Below, in pieces: positions 26,735 through 39,940 of a DNA stretch of 64,000 nucleotides. The notes beneath the pieces were generated by a model. It was not told the DNA's origin. It searched no databases and saw only the letters and a program-made list of their open reading frames with translations. Positions within the stretch are counted from its first letter, which is position 1; the number at the start of each line of letters is the position of its first letter. This stretch comes from Phoronis australis (lineage: Eukaryota > Animalia > Phoronida): the NCBI GenBank assembly GCA_002633005.1, contig NMRA01000674.1:130936-194935 (forward strand), written 5' to 3'. The translations under genes were made by a program, and so were the position numbers.

Positions 26735-28098
26735 AACAACATGAAAGCGCTCTGAGGAGCGAAACTTGGCGAAATTAACTAAAAAAAAAACACGTTCGAG
26801 AGGACGAGAAAAGACGACGACAGAGATGATGACGAAGATGACAGCTATGACGACGATGGTGGCGTTAATGGACAACCCTAGTTATGATATCATTCATATA
26901 ACGAACGTAGAGGTCAGAAATCACTAAGAAATAGGCTTCAGTCATGAGCGACCCTTGGCGAAATTAACTGAAGAAAAGACGACGTCGGAGATGATGACGA
27001 AGATGACGAATATGATGATGGTGGTGGCCATGATGAAAAACATCATAACATTCATATGACGAATTTAGATGTCATAAATCATTAAGTATTAGGCTGCAGT
27101 CTAGTTCAATAGAAGCTAAACCAACCTGAATGCAGCAAGAGCGCTCAACAAAGGAGCAGCGTTATCACAAAATCTCTAATAACTCGAAAAGTAGACGTCG
27201 TAGAGAAAAATGGAAAGCATCTTCTGAAAGCCCGTTCAAAGCTCTATCTAAACTGATGGTATCGCTTAATTCCGTAAATTTTTCGAAAAAAATGAAATTT
27301 TGCGTTTTTTTTAAGAATTTCAAAGTCAAATAACTCGAAAACGGTAAGTCTGAGAAAAAAATTGTTACAGGCCATTTGAAAGAATATACTTCAAAGAATC
27401 CACATGCAAAAAATCACGTCTTTTTCTCTTCTTGTTTAAAATCGCACTCCAGCATGACTGAAAATAGGTCAACATGCGCCAGATCCGCCATCTTGACAGC
27501 AACTTCCGGTTTTTGGTTTTGTATAATAACATGTCATAAGAAACTAATACCTGTAAAAATTCGAAGGAATTGGTCTGATAATGCGCCCTCTACAGGAGAA
27601 AACGTTTTTAGGCCAAAATCGAGGTGCGCATGCGCGATCGCCGATATTTCCGCCATCTTTAACCGGAAGTGAACAATTTCCGGCACATTTGTAGTAAGCT
27701 TCCGGTCCATTTACTGTGCCGATTCTTAGCCTTTTACGTAAAAAATTGTAGCCTCCAGAAGCATTTGAACTTTTAAATGGAAACAAAATGGCCGCCACAG
27801 CAGCCATCTTGGATCCGATTTTGACGAAAAACAATAGGCTTCTAGTACTTCCTGCAGTACATGTTATGTGTAAATTTCGTGATGATCGGACGAAAATTGC
27901 GACCTGTATCGTGCGAACAAACAAAAAAAAAAAAACTTAGTGGAAGAGCAACATACTTGGCGAAATTTATTTCGCCAAGTAACAAGTAAAAACTTGACGA
28001 CAGAGCAACATACTTGTCGGAATTCGAAGAATTCCGCCAAGTAACAAACTTGGTGGAAGAGCAACATACTTGGCGAAATTTATTTCGCCAAGTAATAA
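26735..28098 (+). mobile_element. Helentron/HINE-like non-autonomous element, unit 2 (diverged tandem copy)
   Basis: Colinear with 25294-26548 (e.g. 27130-27670 vs 25661-26200); ends in three tandem TACTTGGCGAAA...TTTCGCCAAGTA-type hairpins. Confidence 0.6.
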
Positions 28099-30126
28099 AC
28101 CCAAGTGCTTGTGGTACGTGCTTCAAGGATACATGTATCTCAAACCGAGTGGCCGATTAAGGGTTTGTGGAGCTCTAATCTGTCTTAATTCCGGAGGTTC
28201 CACTTATTAATCTGCAGCAGACCTACAATATACTTGTACACGTCTAAAGTATAGCTTTTCAAACTTAATCAACAAACAGAATAAAGTTATCAATTTGAAA
28301 GGAGTAATAATCGATGTTTTCCTACCGGTAAAGCTGTCCCTGTAACCTGGTGAGCATTTATACAATACAGCCACAGACTTAATAGTCTTCGTCCGGGCTA
28401 CCTACGGTCTGGCTGAGCGTGGCGATAACCGTGACAGCTGGCGTGAGTCTACGCGTGACTGTCCGGAACTTACATGTACCACGAGTTAGACGTGAACGAA
28501 GCGCGAGATCCACCGTGAGTCAGGTGTAAGCCAAACGTGACCCAGGCAACAGTTTCCCTGCCTTCTCTACAATGGGGAAATCGTTTTTGCTATTCTCACA
28601 TATTTAGTGTATCTAGAATAAAGAACTCTATCACATTTAAAGAAACATTTCTCAGTGCTGAAATAGTAAACAACTGTAAGAACTTTGACAACATCGGTAA
28701 GAAATTGCCTACTGCGTTGGCAATAGTTATACATGTAGTACTGGTCAGCTCTCTCAGGGCATCCATTCTATATAACCATTACGCAATCTAGTATACCAAC
28801 GTTGTATATACATGTAAGTTCATTAAAAAATGTGGAACTCAAGGCATCAAGAAGCAGCAAGTGAGTAATACTATCTTTAATGCTATCAAATTTACATAAT
28901 TAGCAGAATGTATCATGGATATGTAATGATATGCGTGGAACATTGTAGATTAGTGGATTTGGCATTTATTCTTGTTCTATTATATATCAACTGTAAACTG
29001 TGTATTATTTCTCATTTATTTTCATACTGGTAGATCAGAGGCACCAGTGCCGAAGATTGACTTTAGCGCAGGTTTCTGGCTGTATTTGAGAGCTCACTTT
29101 ACTCTCTAGTAGTGCTATGAAGGTAACGTTTACATGTATATAACCTCAGCAGTGTATACATTGTATACTGACCTGGGTATTTGAGAGTGATTCGGCTTTT
29201 GAAGTCTTAATTCAAGTTTGCCGCTTTCACTGAAACGGTAACTATGTTTTTGACTTGGTATGACAACGATACCAAGAACAGTTTATGGAAATACACCAAC
29301 TACCGTAAAAATACAGCTTCAGCAGTGCAGATAAAATCACGTCCTAACTTGTACACATTCTTCTTTCTTTGTGGACAATTATACATGTATCACACTGTAA
29401 TGCTTCGCCAGGCATTGCCACTGAGCCGAGGGATCACGTATTGCCTACAACTTCTGTGTTCAAGTCTGTATGATTCGGCCACCCCGAACATACATGTACA
29501 TGTATATGACGAGACTTCAGAGATAGTCATACGTTATTTGATTTCTTTTCATGTGGATTGACGTGAAAATTGATATTCAACTGTTTTAGGGACATTTGAA
29601 CAATTAAGGTAGCAGATGACAAGACAAATTAATAGATTTTGATTTTTTTATAAATTGCACGTTCAGTTGTACTCATTATAATTTCAAATTAAACCTTTGT
29701 AAGCGAGTTCATCCAATGATTCAGACGAGTCAATCCTTTGATTACTCGGCGTTCTATCATCCACCTGCGCATCAACTTATTTTGTAATGCTATTATTGTA
29801 GTGGTTGTTGTTCACAATCTTAAACACTTATCATTTTTAGTTTTCAGTTTAATATAAGCTATGTTATACCACGCATACATCTACTTTCTATCCATGGATA
29901 TGCTTAGACACTCGCCCAGTTGATTCCATATTTCACGGTCATGACTAAACTGTGAGAACTGCTAACCTTTCCCGTAATGTGCAGATATTTTAATTGAAAT
30001 TACTTCTGCATTGTGCTTGATGTTTATCACATGCCTTACTTGTATTTTAATGGATAAACAAAGGGGTAAATTGTTTGCAAACTTTTCACTCGGTCATTTC
30101 AAACCTCAGTTGCAGCCAATACACTT

Positions 30127-30490
30127 TCAACCAATCGTATTAATCTTACCTTGAAAGCAAAATGTTTGAACATTTTCACGGATTCCTGCTTTCACTACAC
30201 TAAAACTGAGAGTGTCAAGTTTGACCTCAGCTAGCCACCAAAAGGAAATGCTGCACATCATTATCCAACGCACGCACCAAGAAATTTGATTTGTAACCTC
30301 TTTCCAATGCAAATAGATCATGTGCGGCAAGACTGTCATTATTGATTGCTTGAAATGTCGCTCGTTTATTTATATTACACAAAGGCATAAAATTAAGATC
30401 TCGTTCAAGCCGTCTCAAGAACATGCAACCTGTTTTTTTGGGGGAATTATTGATACGGAAATTTGTTAGCTGTTGAAAAAACATATTTTA
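30127..30490 (-). pseudogene. Possible Academ-like transposase N-terminal remnant
   Basis: LAAHDLFALERGYKSNFL resembles the DL.A.EA.YH..C motif also seen at ~51325; heavily decayed. Confidence 0.3.
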
Positions 30491-32499
30491 TCTGATATAC
30501 TTCACGTTTGAAAGCGTACACAACCTTTCGTCACTTACATGTACAATCAAGATGGACTGAGTAACCCCTGATGGGCCGAGATGACAAATGCCTAATGTTG
30601 AGACAATGTGCTATTTTAGTTCTAGCTTAACAAAGACATTTAGCCACTGAGCGAGTGAGCTTAGTGTTGGTATTCTTAGTTCGAGGTGTGCAAACTCGAT
30701 ATAAGATGCAATTTGAATATATTGAATGGCAGGAGCAATGGAGCAATTACCAAGACATAAGTGCATATCCACATAGCGTTGGAGTTTGACTCGATAACCT
30801 AAGTATTTTAATTTATTCGAAAATAAGGAAAACACCAAAAGCGGTTGAAAAGCTATGTACACTATACCTAGTAATATACAAAATACCTTCACACGGAAAT
30901 AGATAGACTTCATATAGATTGAGGGTGGTCGACACAGTAAAAGGAGAAATACCTGTTGAAGCTTTGTGGAGACTAAGCCAAAATCGAAGTGGGTTATAAT
31001 TGAAACAAATCGACATTTGGCCTAAGTTTAGTGCGTCGAAACTTCGTTGACTTTAGACATCGTGCATTTTTATTTCTCAGTGTTCGTGAATGTGCAGAGT
31101 ACCTGCGGTAAGGAAGCAATATAAACCTAATAAAAATCCGCCTTCATCTTAAAATGTCTATAACTAGAAACTTACGAGCCGTAAAAAATATGTTTTTCTA
31201 CATGAAGAAGTCGTGGTAAATCTAGTCATACCATGCAGAACACTCCGCCATTCCTGTGTTCACGAGACAATATTTTTTAGAAACAAAAACGTTGTTTATA
31301 AATGTTTATTGTCAGGGAAAGCTTCCCTTGACCACCATCAAACTTTTGTAATAAACATATTTGATAATAATGCTCAAGATAAGTTGATAATTTTAATCCT
31401 CTTAATAGGTGTCCTAACAATTATGGGACAATTGCCTTTTAACTTAACATGGAAAATAATGTAAGCTTCAATACAAAATCTAAGACATGTCACAGAGAGA
31501 TTGTACTTTTCCGGCAATAACCAAATGGTGACATTATTACAAGTAGGGTACAGTTTTGTAAATAGATTGATTTGATTTCTAATTTCAAAAAAATGATGGG
31601 TTGACAGCATCATCTAAAATACTTTAACATCAAGAAGAAATTTAAGGAGGATTGCACGTAACTTCAGTGCATCCGAACGTGTCGGAAACAAGCCGGTTAA
31701 TGTGCGAACACGTGTGTCTCTTACCACGGTGCAGTAGTAGGAAATGCGTTGGTGAAATGTGAGATCACGCGTGATCTGGTCTAAAGGTTGTGAGTTCGAA
31801 TACTTGCAATTTTCTATTTTTGAATCACCTGGCCGAAGAAGAGCCGTTGAAGGCTGATTATAGTTAAGGAATCATAGAAAATGCTTGTTTTCAGAGGCAA
31901 ACACAAAACGTCCTTCTGGGCAGAACAAGGTAACAACCCTCAACGTCCCGACCCCCCACATTCGTCGCTACGTGCCTCTACAATTGCACTTTGCTTGTTT
32001 GTCTACTGCACTAAATGATGTCATGATATTCTAGATTCGGTGCGTTAGTCAATGTGTGGGAAGTACCGGTAAGAAATTTGCTGGAGAAAAATGAGCAACT
32101 AATCAACTCGTTACATTATTCACTTTCAACACCATCGTCTCGTAACAGAATTACTTACATGTACATGTACATGTACATAGAAGAACTTAACCAAAGTTAA
32201 AAACCTACCATTTGCCTGCCATATGACAACTGCGCCGTCATTTTCAAAGCCAGTACCACCGTTTGACAGAGTCGGTTTGAACCACAACAGTCATTTCAAA
32301 GAACTCAAAATGCGTTTTTTAAAAAACTTACACTTTTTTATCCTTATTTGCTGTTTTTCGACTTGAATTGAAGTAGGAATTGAAAATAAATTGAAAAACT
32401 ATATGTATTGAAAACTTTCAAACTAATTGCGTTTTTATGCGGCCCCCTAATCATTATAGTCAAATATATAAAAATAAATAGTGATGTGGTTGTTGCTTT

Positions 32500-33300
32500 T
32501 TAAACACCAGAGTAATTTGAACATTTTAAGTGTAAATATCCAATCCCTAAAATCTAAAATGTCAGAATTTCAAAGTATCATATACTATTTAAAAGACAAA
32601 ATTGTGCCATATTGGCATAAAATGTCTAGCAAAAACATGGTTGAAACATGATGACACTTGGCACTTATAAACATACACAATTACAAATTATATAACAAAT
32701 CACTTGAGTGAACATGCAGTTCGCATGACGGCCGTGTTACTTACCTTCAACAAAATATCAAGGTAACACACATACAGTAAATGTACATGCAGCCATAATT
32801 CAACATAAATTATGATGCCAAGGTCTATTGGTCGAGATCAAAACCGACACAAATAAACCAATAAATATTATAGATATATATCGACCACCTAAAACACCAA
32901 ACAGGACTATTGAAATTTCTATCGATTATTTTACTCCAACTATGTTATCTAAAAGGGACAACTGTAGCGAGTTTATAGCAGCTGGTGAATTTAATACTAA
33001 CTTGGTGAGTAATCGAAATAATGACAATTTCTTCGTTTATGTGTATGCTATCTATAAAGACAAGTGCAACCAGTTTGTAGTAGCTGGTGATTTTTATATT
33101 ACCGGTAGATTCTTTGATCATATGTTAGACTTAAGCCTTTCACCGAAAATAACATTTCATACACATTTCCTCCAAAGTTCATTTTCGCTAATCGACAACC
33201 TTTTACCATGGTCTCTGCTTTGGCTCAGTCCTTAAAAGGGTGGCATATTGATAAGCAATCTTTCTGACAATTGGCTTGCATTCATACAGTATACGTCTCA
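32500..33300 (+). pseudogene. APE endonuclease remnant of a CR1/L2-group LINE
   Basis: ILSVNIQSLKSK, KTWLK, IIDIYRPP, AGEFNTNL, SLIDN and ISNLSDN occur in APE motif order, with stops and frameshifts. Confidence 0.75.
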
Positions 33301-34146
33301 TTTAACATAAGGTAATGTCAAAAAGCCTAAGTACACCACCACTAAAGATTTCACTCCTATGTCCCAGGTTAATTTTAGAAAAGTTTTCCATTGAATAAAC
33401 TTCGTCAACAACTACAGGATATTCAATCTTCAAAATTTCATGTGGAGACTGAATTTCGCCGATGGGAAAACTGCTATCATGACGAATGGATGTCCGGATG
33501 TTGAAAAATGCTTGCAAACAAAACAATAGGCACAGCCACTTGTTAAAATTACACTAACCTCTCTTGGTTTTACAATTGTTCATTAACTTACTCGATCGAA
33601 AGATCCTTTTATGTAGGTCTTGGCTAAACGTTCGCTTTGATTTTTCAAACGGACCATCACAATGGTGGCAATCCGATGGAATTTTTTGTCCAGTATAACG
33701 TATCTCCTTTTGCTAAAGAACCTGATTTTTTGTGAATGGCTCAGTATTAAAATTTTGTGAATAATTATTTTCAAATGAGATTTTTTTATTTAGGCTTACA
33801 AAATGTGAATCACTCGGCAAAGTCAGTGACAGTATATCTATGGTGAAATTTTGCTAATCAGAACACTGTTAAGGCTTGTATTTTGTTTTATATAGACTAC
33901 TATATTTTCCGCAATTATAGTGAAATGAATGTACCTACTTTGGGCATTTTTCAAATCCCCTGTTTTGTATTGGTTACATTTTAACCTAAGACGGCGGAAA
34001 GTATTATTAAATGACTAACTTAGGTGTTGAGCCACTAGCAAATGTATTGCATATGTGTAATTGATGTAAGAAATGTTTTACAAAACAAGTGGAAAGTTCG
34101 AACCTCATCTCATAGGCAAACGATGCGGAGGAAAACTTAATGTCAA

Positions 34147-34290
34147 GGAAATGTCCAATCGTTCAAGGTAAGAATAACATGATGAGTGATTGGTTGAACA
34201 ATGTGTTTCCTAGACTACTAGTGATTTTGCAATTATCGGCCAATCAAAAAGTGGAGGTGGGCTTTAAAATGCTTTAAATATAACCTTGTT
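34147..34290 (+). promoter_or_regulatory. Candidate Pol II promoter of the cysteine-rich peptide gene
   Basis: Three CCAAT boxes (CCAATC 34155, reverse-strand ATTGG ~34189, CCAATC 34240) and TATA-like TTTAAATATAA at 34273-34283, about 55 bp upstream of a strong splice donor. Confidence 0.5.
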
Positions 34291-34299
34291 CTAAGGATT

Positions 34300-34335
34300 G
34301 TCACATTCGACATACACAACACTGGGATTAAGCAG
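34300..34335 (+). other. Putative non-coding first exon (start approximate)
   Basis: Inr-like TCACATT ~28 bp after the TATA-like box; ends at consensus donor CAG|GTAAGA (34336). Linkage to the 38726 exon is inferred. Confidence 0.45.
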
Positions 34336-34959
34336 GTAAGAAATTTAGTGTTCACTGTATACAGATGCATAGTATTTGGTAAGTTAAAAAATGTCATTTC
34401 CTCCGTTACAAGAAACGAATGTTTGATTTGGAGTAAAAGTCGCTCCTTAAGCTTAGCTTATGCATGCTTTTATGCTACATTGTTCAGAAATTGAAAAATT
34501 GCATTAAATGTGCGTGGCATATCACATTCGTGAAGATTTTCAGAAAATTTCCAAAACAGTACCCAAGGAGAATAACACTATTTGGTTTGCAAATTGCATT
34601 TTTCTTCAAAACATATTGTCTTTTCTGAAAGAATAATTGTAACTTGCAAACATTTAGAAGCTTAAACATAACCGATGTTATGCAATATTTCCTGAAGTGC
34701 TATTGAAGTTCGTAAAACGGCCAGGGTGCGGCCATTGTTTGTAAGGTCCATGTACTTATTCTACTACAGAGCAAAAACCGAACTTATTACGCAATAATGT
34801 TATTCTTTGTTAAAGCAATTTTAGAGCTCTAAAAGAGCAACACACTATGTGTTTGTTTCGGAAGAAGACGGTTTTCACAACACAATGTTTGTGACACTTG
34901 TGACGATTGTTATACTTACTGAACACTATCTTGGTGTTTTGTCACGGATTTCTGAATGT

Positions 34960-35562
34960 TAAGAGTTTAAATGATAGTGAATGTAATTTTATTAGTTTGT
35001 CGAGTTTTTCACAATGAATTGAATCGTTATGCACGACGGAGCCATTTGAATTCTCAGGACATGTTCCAAGCAATCGATGGGGCCCAAGCATACGATGACT
35101 TACTATTGAAACAGCAAACTTTTCACTTTTGTTCATGCTAGAAGTCATGATAGACACAGATTTAAGATTAACATACCACATATCTCCCATTCATTCTTGT
35201 GGCAACTTTTTAAACAATAGTTTGATCATCCTTTGGCGGGTGATTTGATGAGGCTTAAATTAAGCGTTTGAATGATGGTGAATGTAATTTTGTTAATTTT
35301 GTCTAGCTAGTTTTTACAGTACATTGAATTGAAACATTATGGAAGCCGGGGCTATTAGAAATGTCGTACATGTACTATATTCCAAGCAAACCTTTGCGGA
35401 CCAAGCATACTTTTGTAACAGCAAACTTCTTATTTTGTTCACGCTAGATGACATGATGGACAAAGATTTAAGATTAAGATACCACACATCTCCCATTATT
35501 CTGGTGGCAACTTTTTAAACAATTCTCTGACCATCATTTGGAGAGTGATTAGATGAGGCTTT
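34960..35562 (+). repeat. Diverged tandem duplication, ~300-bp unit x2
   Basis: AATGATAGTGAATGTAATTTT (34970) recurs at 35271; both units end ...GATGAGGCTT. Confidence 0.8.
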
Positions 35563-37359
35563 GTAATGCAATGTGCATTAAACAAGCAGACCACTAGGTT
35601 GTCGTTTACAGTTCATGTAACTGTTCGCCCTTTTTTGCCGAAATGAAAACCTGTGCTGTTACAAACTTAGTGTACGTGTTCATGTGTCACCTCGTCGCAC
35701 CAAAACACCATGTAAAAAAACATCGTAAGCCATGCAGCAGACAATAATGACTGTATAAGCAAAGTATTAGTCATCAACATCGCTTCAAGTAACATATATG
35801 CCACGAAAGAATAATCGCACACTTCCGCTTCTAATACATGTGCCTGAATACTTACTGTGAATTATGCAACAATGTGTTCTTACACAGAAAATCACTAAAC
35901 AATGGAAGTCCTTACCATTTTGCACTAACATTTTACGGAAAACAAAATGCACTCAAGTAGTGAAAGCAACAAGGTGTACGCATCAATGCCACATCACGTC
36001 ATATAAAACATACTGTCAATAACAATTATTTATTTCTAATACACATACGTGAGCCTTTACTGTAAAATATACAAAATCAATGTCCTGTCACACAAACCAA
36101 TAAATAAGAGAAATAATGTTTAGTGATACAAGTATATGCATGTATCGGTGTACCGTTTAAATCTTAGAACGATACAGTGCGTAGGAGACGACCGTTGCTT
36201 GGAACAATACAGCGTGACCAAAGCGCGTCGCGTTGCATCGTTTTAAAAACTAAGAACGATACAGGGAATAGAACGAGAGACCATCTGTATCGTTGTAGGC
36301 CTAACCTCTTGGCCCAATCATGACCAACGCAAGTCTCGCTGTGTCGTCTTAAAGACTAGAACGATACAGCGGGTAATGAGGCACGTTTTAACGTTGTGAC
36401 CTTTAGAGCAATACAGTGTGACAAATGGTTGCCTCGCTGTACTCGTTTTAAAGTCTAGAACAAGGAAGAGTGTTGAACGCATTACAGCGTTCTGTCGTTC
36501 CGTAAGTTTTACAGACGTGAGGGGTGCTCGAACGTGCGATAACATCTGGCTCTTTTGTTAAATGCCCAGAGTCTATTGTCCGGCATGATAACAAGCAGGC
36601 CAATTATCTCCCAGGCTTCAAAGGAAACGTTTGGTGGTTGCACGCTATTACCGAACGCGTATGAACACAGTCAAACCCTTGCGTCCGTTTGGACAGAATA
36701 GATTGTCTTAACTTCTGTTGTAGTTGGGCGATTTTGGTGAGTCAAAAACGGAGCATGATCAGCATTTGACGAGGAATTCAGAAATTCTACTATTTTATGC
36801 TCAAATAATATATGTTATAACTTAACTTTCATTTTTATCAGCCCAACCCAGTCAGTCTAGATACTGTACAATCTGATCGGAGATTTGAGCAATTATGGAA
36901 CAAAAGAGCGCAGGCCCTCCATGTGGAATGGAGTTAATCAGTCGTGTAAGATATTGGCTACAGGGGTAAACTTCCCAACTTGTTGTTGGGCTACAGAATC
37001 GAACAAGTTGGGAGCAACGGGATGTCGCCGTCATGAAGACGCACGCTTTGCGACGCTAAGAACCATAAATCGTGACAGACGTTAGTCTACATATACATGT
37101 AGCTGTATAAACATCAGAACAGTACAGAAAATTGAACGACATGCACTCATTGACGTTATAGCCCTTGACGATACAGGGTGAAGAACATGCGTCCCTTTGT
37201 GTGGTTTTAATATCTAGAAGGATACGGTGAGCTAGCGATCGAGATGCACTTTGAAACGTTGTAACCTCGTTGAACAACATAGCGCGACAGTCGCGTGTCT
37301 CAGTATCACTTTAAAATCAACAACTACTCAGCGAGTAGAAGGTGAAGCACTCTAAACGT

Positions 37360-38080
37360 TATGTAGTTTGCTTCACGTGGTTACCTGGTAGGTTGATCTA
37401 GCTTAACTCTGAGGCGTACAAGTCTGGCGGTGTTAACCCACCTCTGGGTTTGTCTGGCACCGTTATTTCGTGATACAGTGGGTTACGCTGAGTATGTAGC
37501 GATCGATTTCATGCGGTTACCTCTTGGGTTTAACTAACTGAATTTTGGGACAGGGCATCTCGCCACTGAAATCGTCTAGAGCATATCTGCTGCGCAGCAT
37601 AGGGGTGATGCTGGTCGCTACACAACTGATTTCAACAAGGTAACTGGTGGGTTGGACTAACTCAACTTGGTGGGCGTGTCTCAAGAGGGTAATCCAAACC
37701 CCAATTTGTCTGCCTGTGTTCATTCATGATACATTGGTCTATGATGACTAATTTGTAGCCAGTTTCACACAGTTACTTCTTGAGTTGATCTAGCTCAACT
37801 GTGGGACCCCATTGTATTCTATGTGGCGGGGTATACCACCATTGAAATTGTATGACTTTGTACAATTTTGAGACAGTGAATTGAGTAGTTGGTGTTGCAG
37901 GTATTTTTATTTAGTTACCAGAAAAAAATTATAGTGTTATTCTCATGGCCTCCGGAACCAAACTTACTAGAGCGAACCTGTCAGATGGCCATTTTCTAGC
38001 ATTTGGACAGCCATGAATCTCTGTGGTATCAAAGAAAATTGCTTACTCTTAATTGCCCAAGAACTATTGAATCCCTGTCT
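37360..38080 (-). repeat. Inverted copy of the 14380-15250 repeat
   Basis: Reverse-complement similarity as described for 14380-15250. Confidence 0.7.
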
Positions 38081-38738
38081 ACAACACAAATCTGTTTTTA
38101 TCGTTTTAAAGCTTAAGAACGATACGTCGAGTTAAACGACCGATACACGATTACGAACGCGTCTCGTATGAAACTCTAGGAAAGTGTGTGCAGTTTACAG
38201 TATTGGTTATCCTTTATTCAGATGATCAAATGCAGTTAGTAACGATCTAAATACTACACCGTTTCATCAGATGCACCCAGTCTCATTTTCCGTATTGGAC
38301 AATACAAGATTATAATTGCAGAAAGTCAGCAGGCTTTTTAGACATTTTCCATAGTATTTCTATTGAGAAAGGCTCGCAAAACCGGAAATCGAGCCATGCC
38401 TATTAGCAATCCAATGTTGAATAATGGGGATCCCAAATTTCTTCTTGCAACAACCAAGAGGAGAAAATCTATACAAAACTGTGCAAATTTCTTCAACCTA
38501 CGCCAAAAAGGCGCCGACATGCCAAATTCCATTATGGTTACTTTACACTGGTATCAACCAGGTTGTTTCAGTTTGTACTTGAAAATGCGAAAGGATAATT
38601 GTTCTATCGAGGAGAAAATGGTTTGCGAAAGATTATGCACATTTTTGTTGAGATTAAAATATCATATACTTGCTTCTCCTTTTCATAATTGTTTCTCCGT
38701 AACTTGATCTGCCATTGAATTACAGAAAACTAGAAGTC

Positions 38739-38820
38739 ATGAGGTGCGTGGTGATACTCATTGTGCTGATGCTAGCCGTAGGCTGCCTCCAGGCGTGGCC
38801 GGTAGATGGCGAAGACGAAG
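38739..38820 (+). CDS. Signal-peptide/acidic pro-region exon of a secreted cysteine-rich peptide (MRCVVILIVLMLAVGCLQAWPVDGEDE+G)
   Basis: Acceptor TTACAG| at 38725; GTCATG start; basic N-region, hydrophobic core, LQA|WP cleavage-like site, acidic spacer; phase-1 donor AAG|GTGAGA at 38821, in frame with both downstream Cys exons. Confidence 0.85.
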
Positions 38821-39099
38821 GTGAGAAACAATAACTGTCAGTACCCTGGGCCGAGCTCCATGCGAACTTCGCAAGTACAGATAAAGTGATCACGTGCTGT
38901 GCTTGTAATGCCTGGTGTTTTCGCGAGTTTTTTTTTTTGTTTGTGGAGCATGAGATGTGGATCAAAAATCTCAGTACTAGTAACACTTCAAATTTAAAGG
39001 TTCATTTGGCTTACTGAAGATTCACCACGACTTGAGATTTTCTAGTCCTGTTAGAAGAGGTCTCATCTTGCATAGAACAGGTACACAAAAAGACTACAA

Positions 39100-39940
39100 C
39101 TCAAAATTTAGGTTGTTCAGTAACTAATGCGCTAAACATCAAATTGATCCTTTACGACCTTTTTAAATAACTATGTGAATGTCCTAGCATACAAGTTTCA
39201 CCAAGGAACTGCTTACAGGACTTTGAAAGGCTATCTGTCAATGTTGTCTTCTGTACGACCAATGATTTATATTCCTGTAGGGCAGCATCCTCGCGTCATT
39301 TGGCTTTTAAAAGGCACCTACGTTGGGATACCTCCTTCTAAAACATTTTTTCCTGGTTAAGGTTTATTTCAGGTTGTTAAGGCCTAGAAGTACGCTCCTT
39401 TGGAGGCTCCTTGGAAATCAAAATTAAAATATCTCGCCTCAAAACATGTTTTACTATTGCTATCACACCTTTTCGTTGGTGCAATGACTTCTTTTTAGGT
39501 AAAAGCTCAAATATTGACTAAATGTGAGGCTAGCTATTTCATAGACATAGATTTTACAAGCAGATTAGAGTCGGTCAAAAACAATCTCGTGTCTTTAATC
39601 TAGATTTCTGAGGAAAAATAGTTTAACATTAAGCGGTGTTTGTCGTTATGTCTCAAGACAACAGAGGAGCTTCCACGTCCCTGGGTGTCAACGGTTTGTT
39701 CTTGTCGTCTACTGTACATAACATGTATAAGCACCAACTCGGTAGTTAAAACCATTAGACTGGCTTCCATCTGCGACGTTAATATTAGGGTAAGTTTGCT
39801 CCAAATCGTATTAGAGGACGCTTTATTCGTAGTGCTGGTCTTTCGTGGGCTTTCATTAGGGGTAGGCACATGATAGTCATTTTGTCTTTTTGTGGCTGGT
39901 CTTCAGAATTCACCTTTGTTAAACACTATGTACAAGCAGC
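39100..39940 (+). pseudogene. DIRS1-type tyrosine recombinase remnant inside the peptide-gene intron
   Basis: AYRTLKGYLSMLS...VGQHPRVIWLLKG...PP at the N-terminus and IRSAGLSWAFIRG...CGWSSEFTFVKHY (W and catalytic Y motif) at ~39825-39930. Confidence 0.75.

Noticed and set aside
26597-26875. Hydrophobic signal-like ORF MSINATIVVIAVIFVIISVVVF
   Set aside because: Antisense reading of GAT/GAC repeats inside the HINE-like element.
27950-28098. Repeated hairpins resembling a CRISPR array or terminators
   Set aside because: Eukaryotic context, non-unique spacers and no cas genes; explained as Helentron-like ends.
31728-31808. tRNA gene
   Set aside because: Only a B-box-like GAGTTCGAATAC with no consistent cloverleaf; at most a decayed SINE head.
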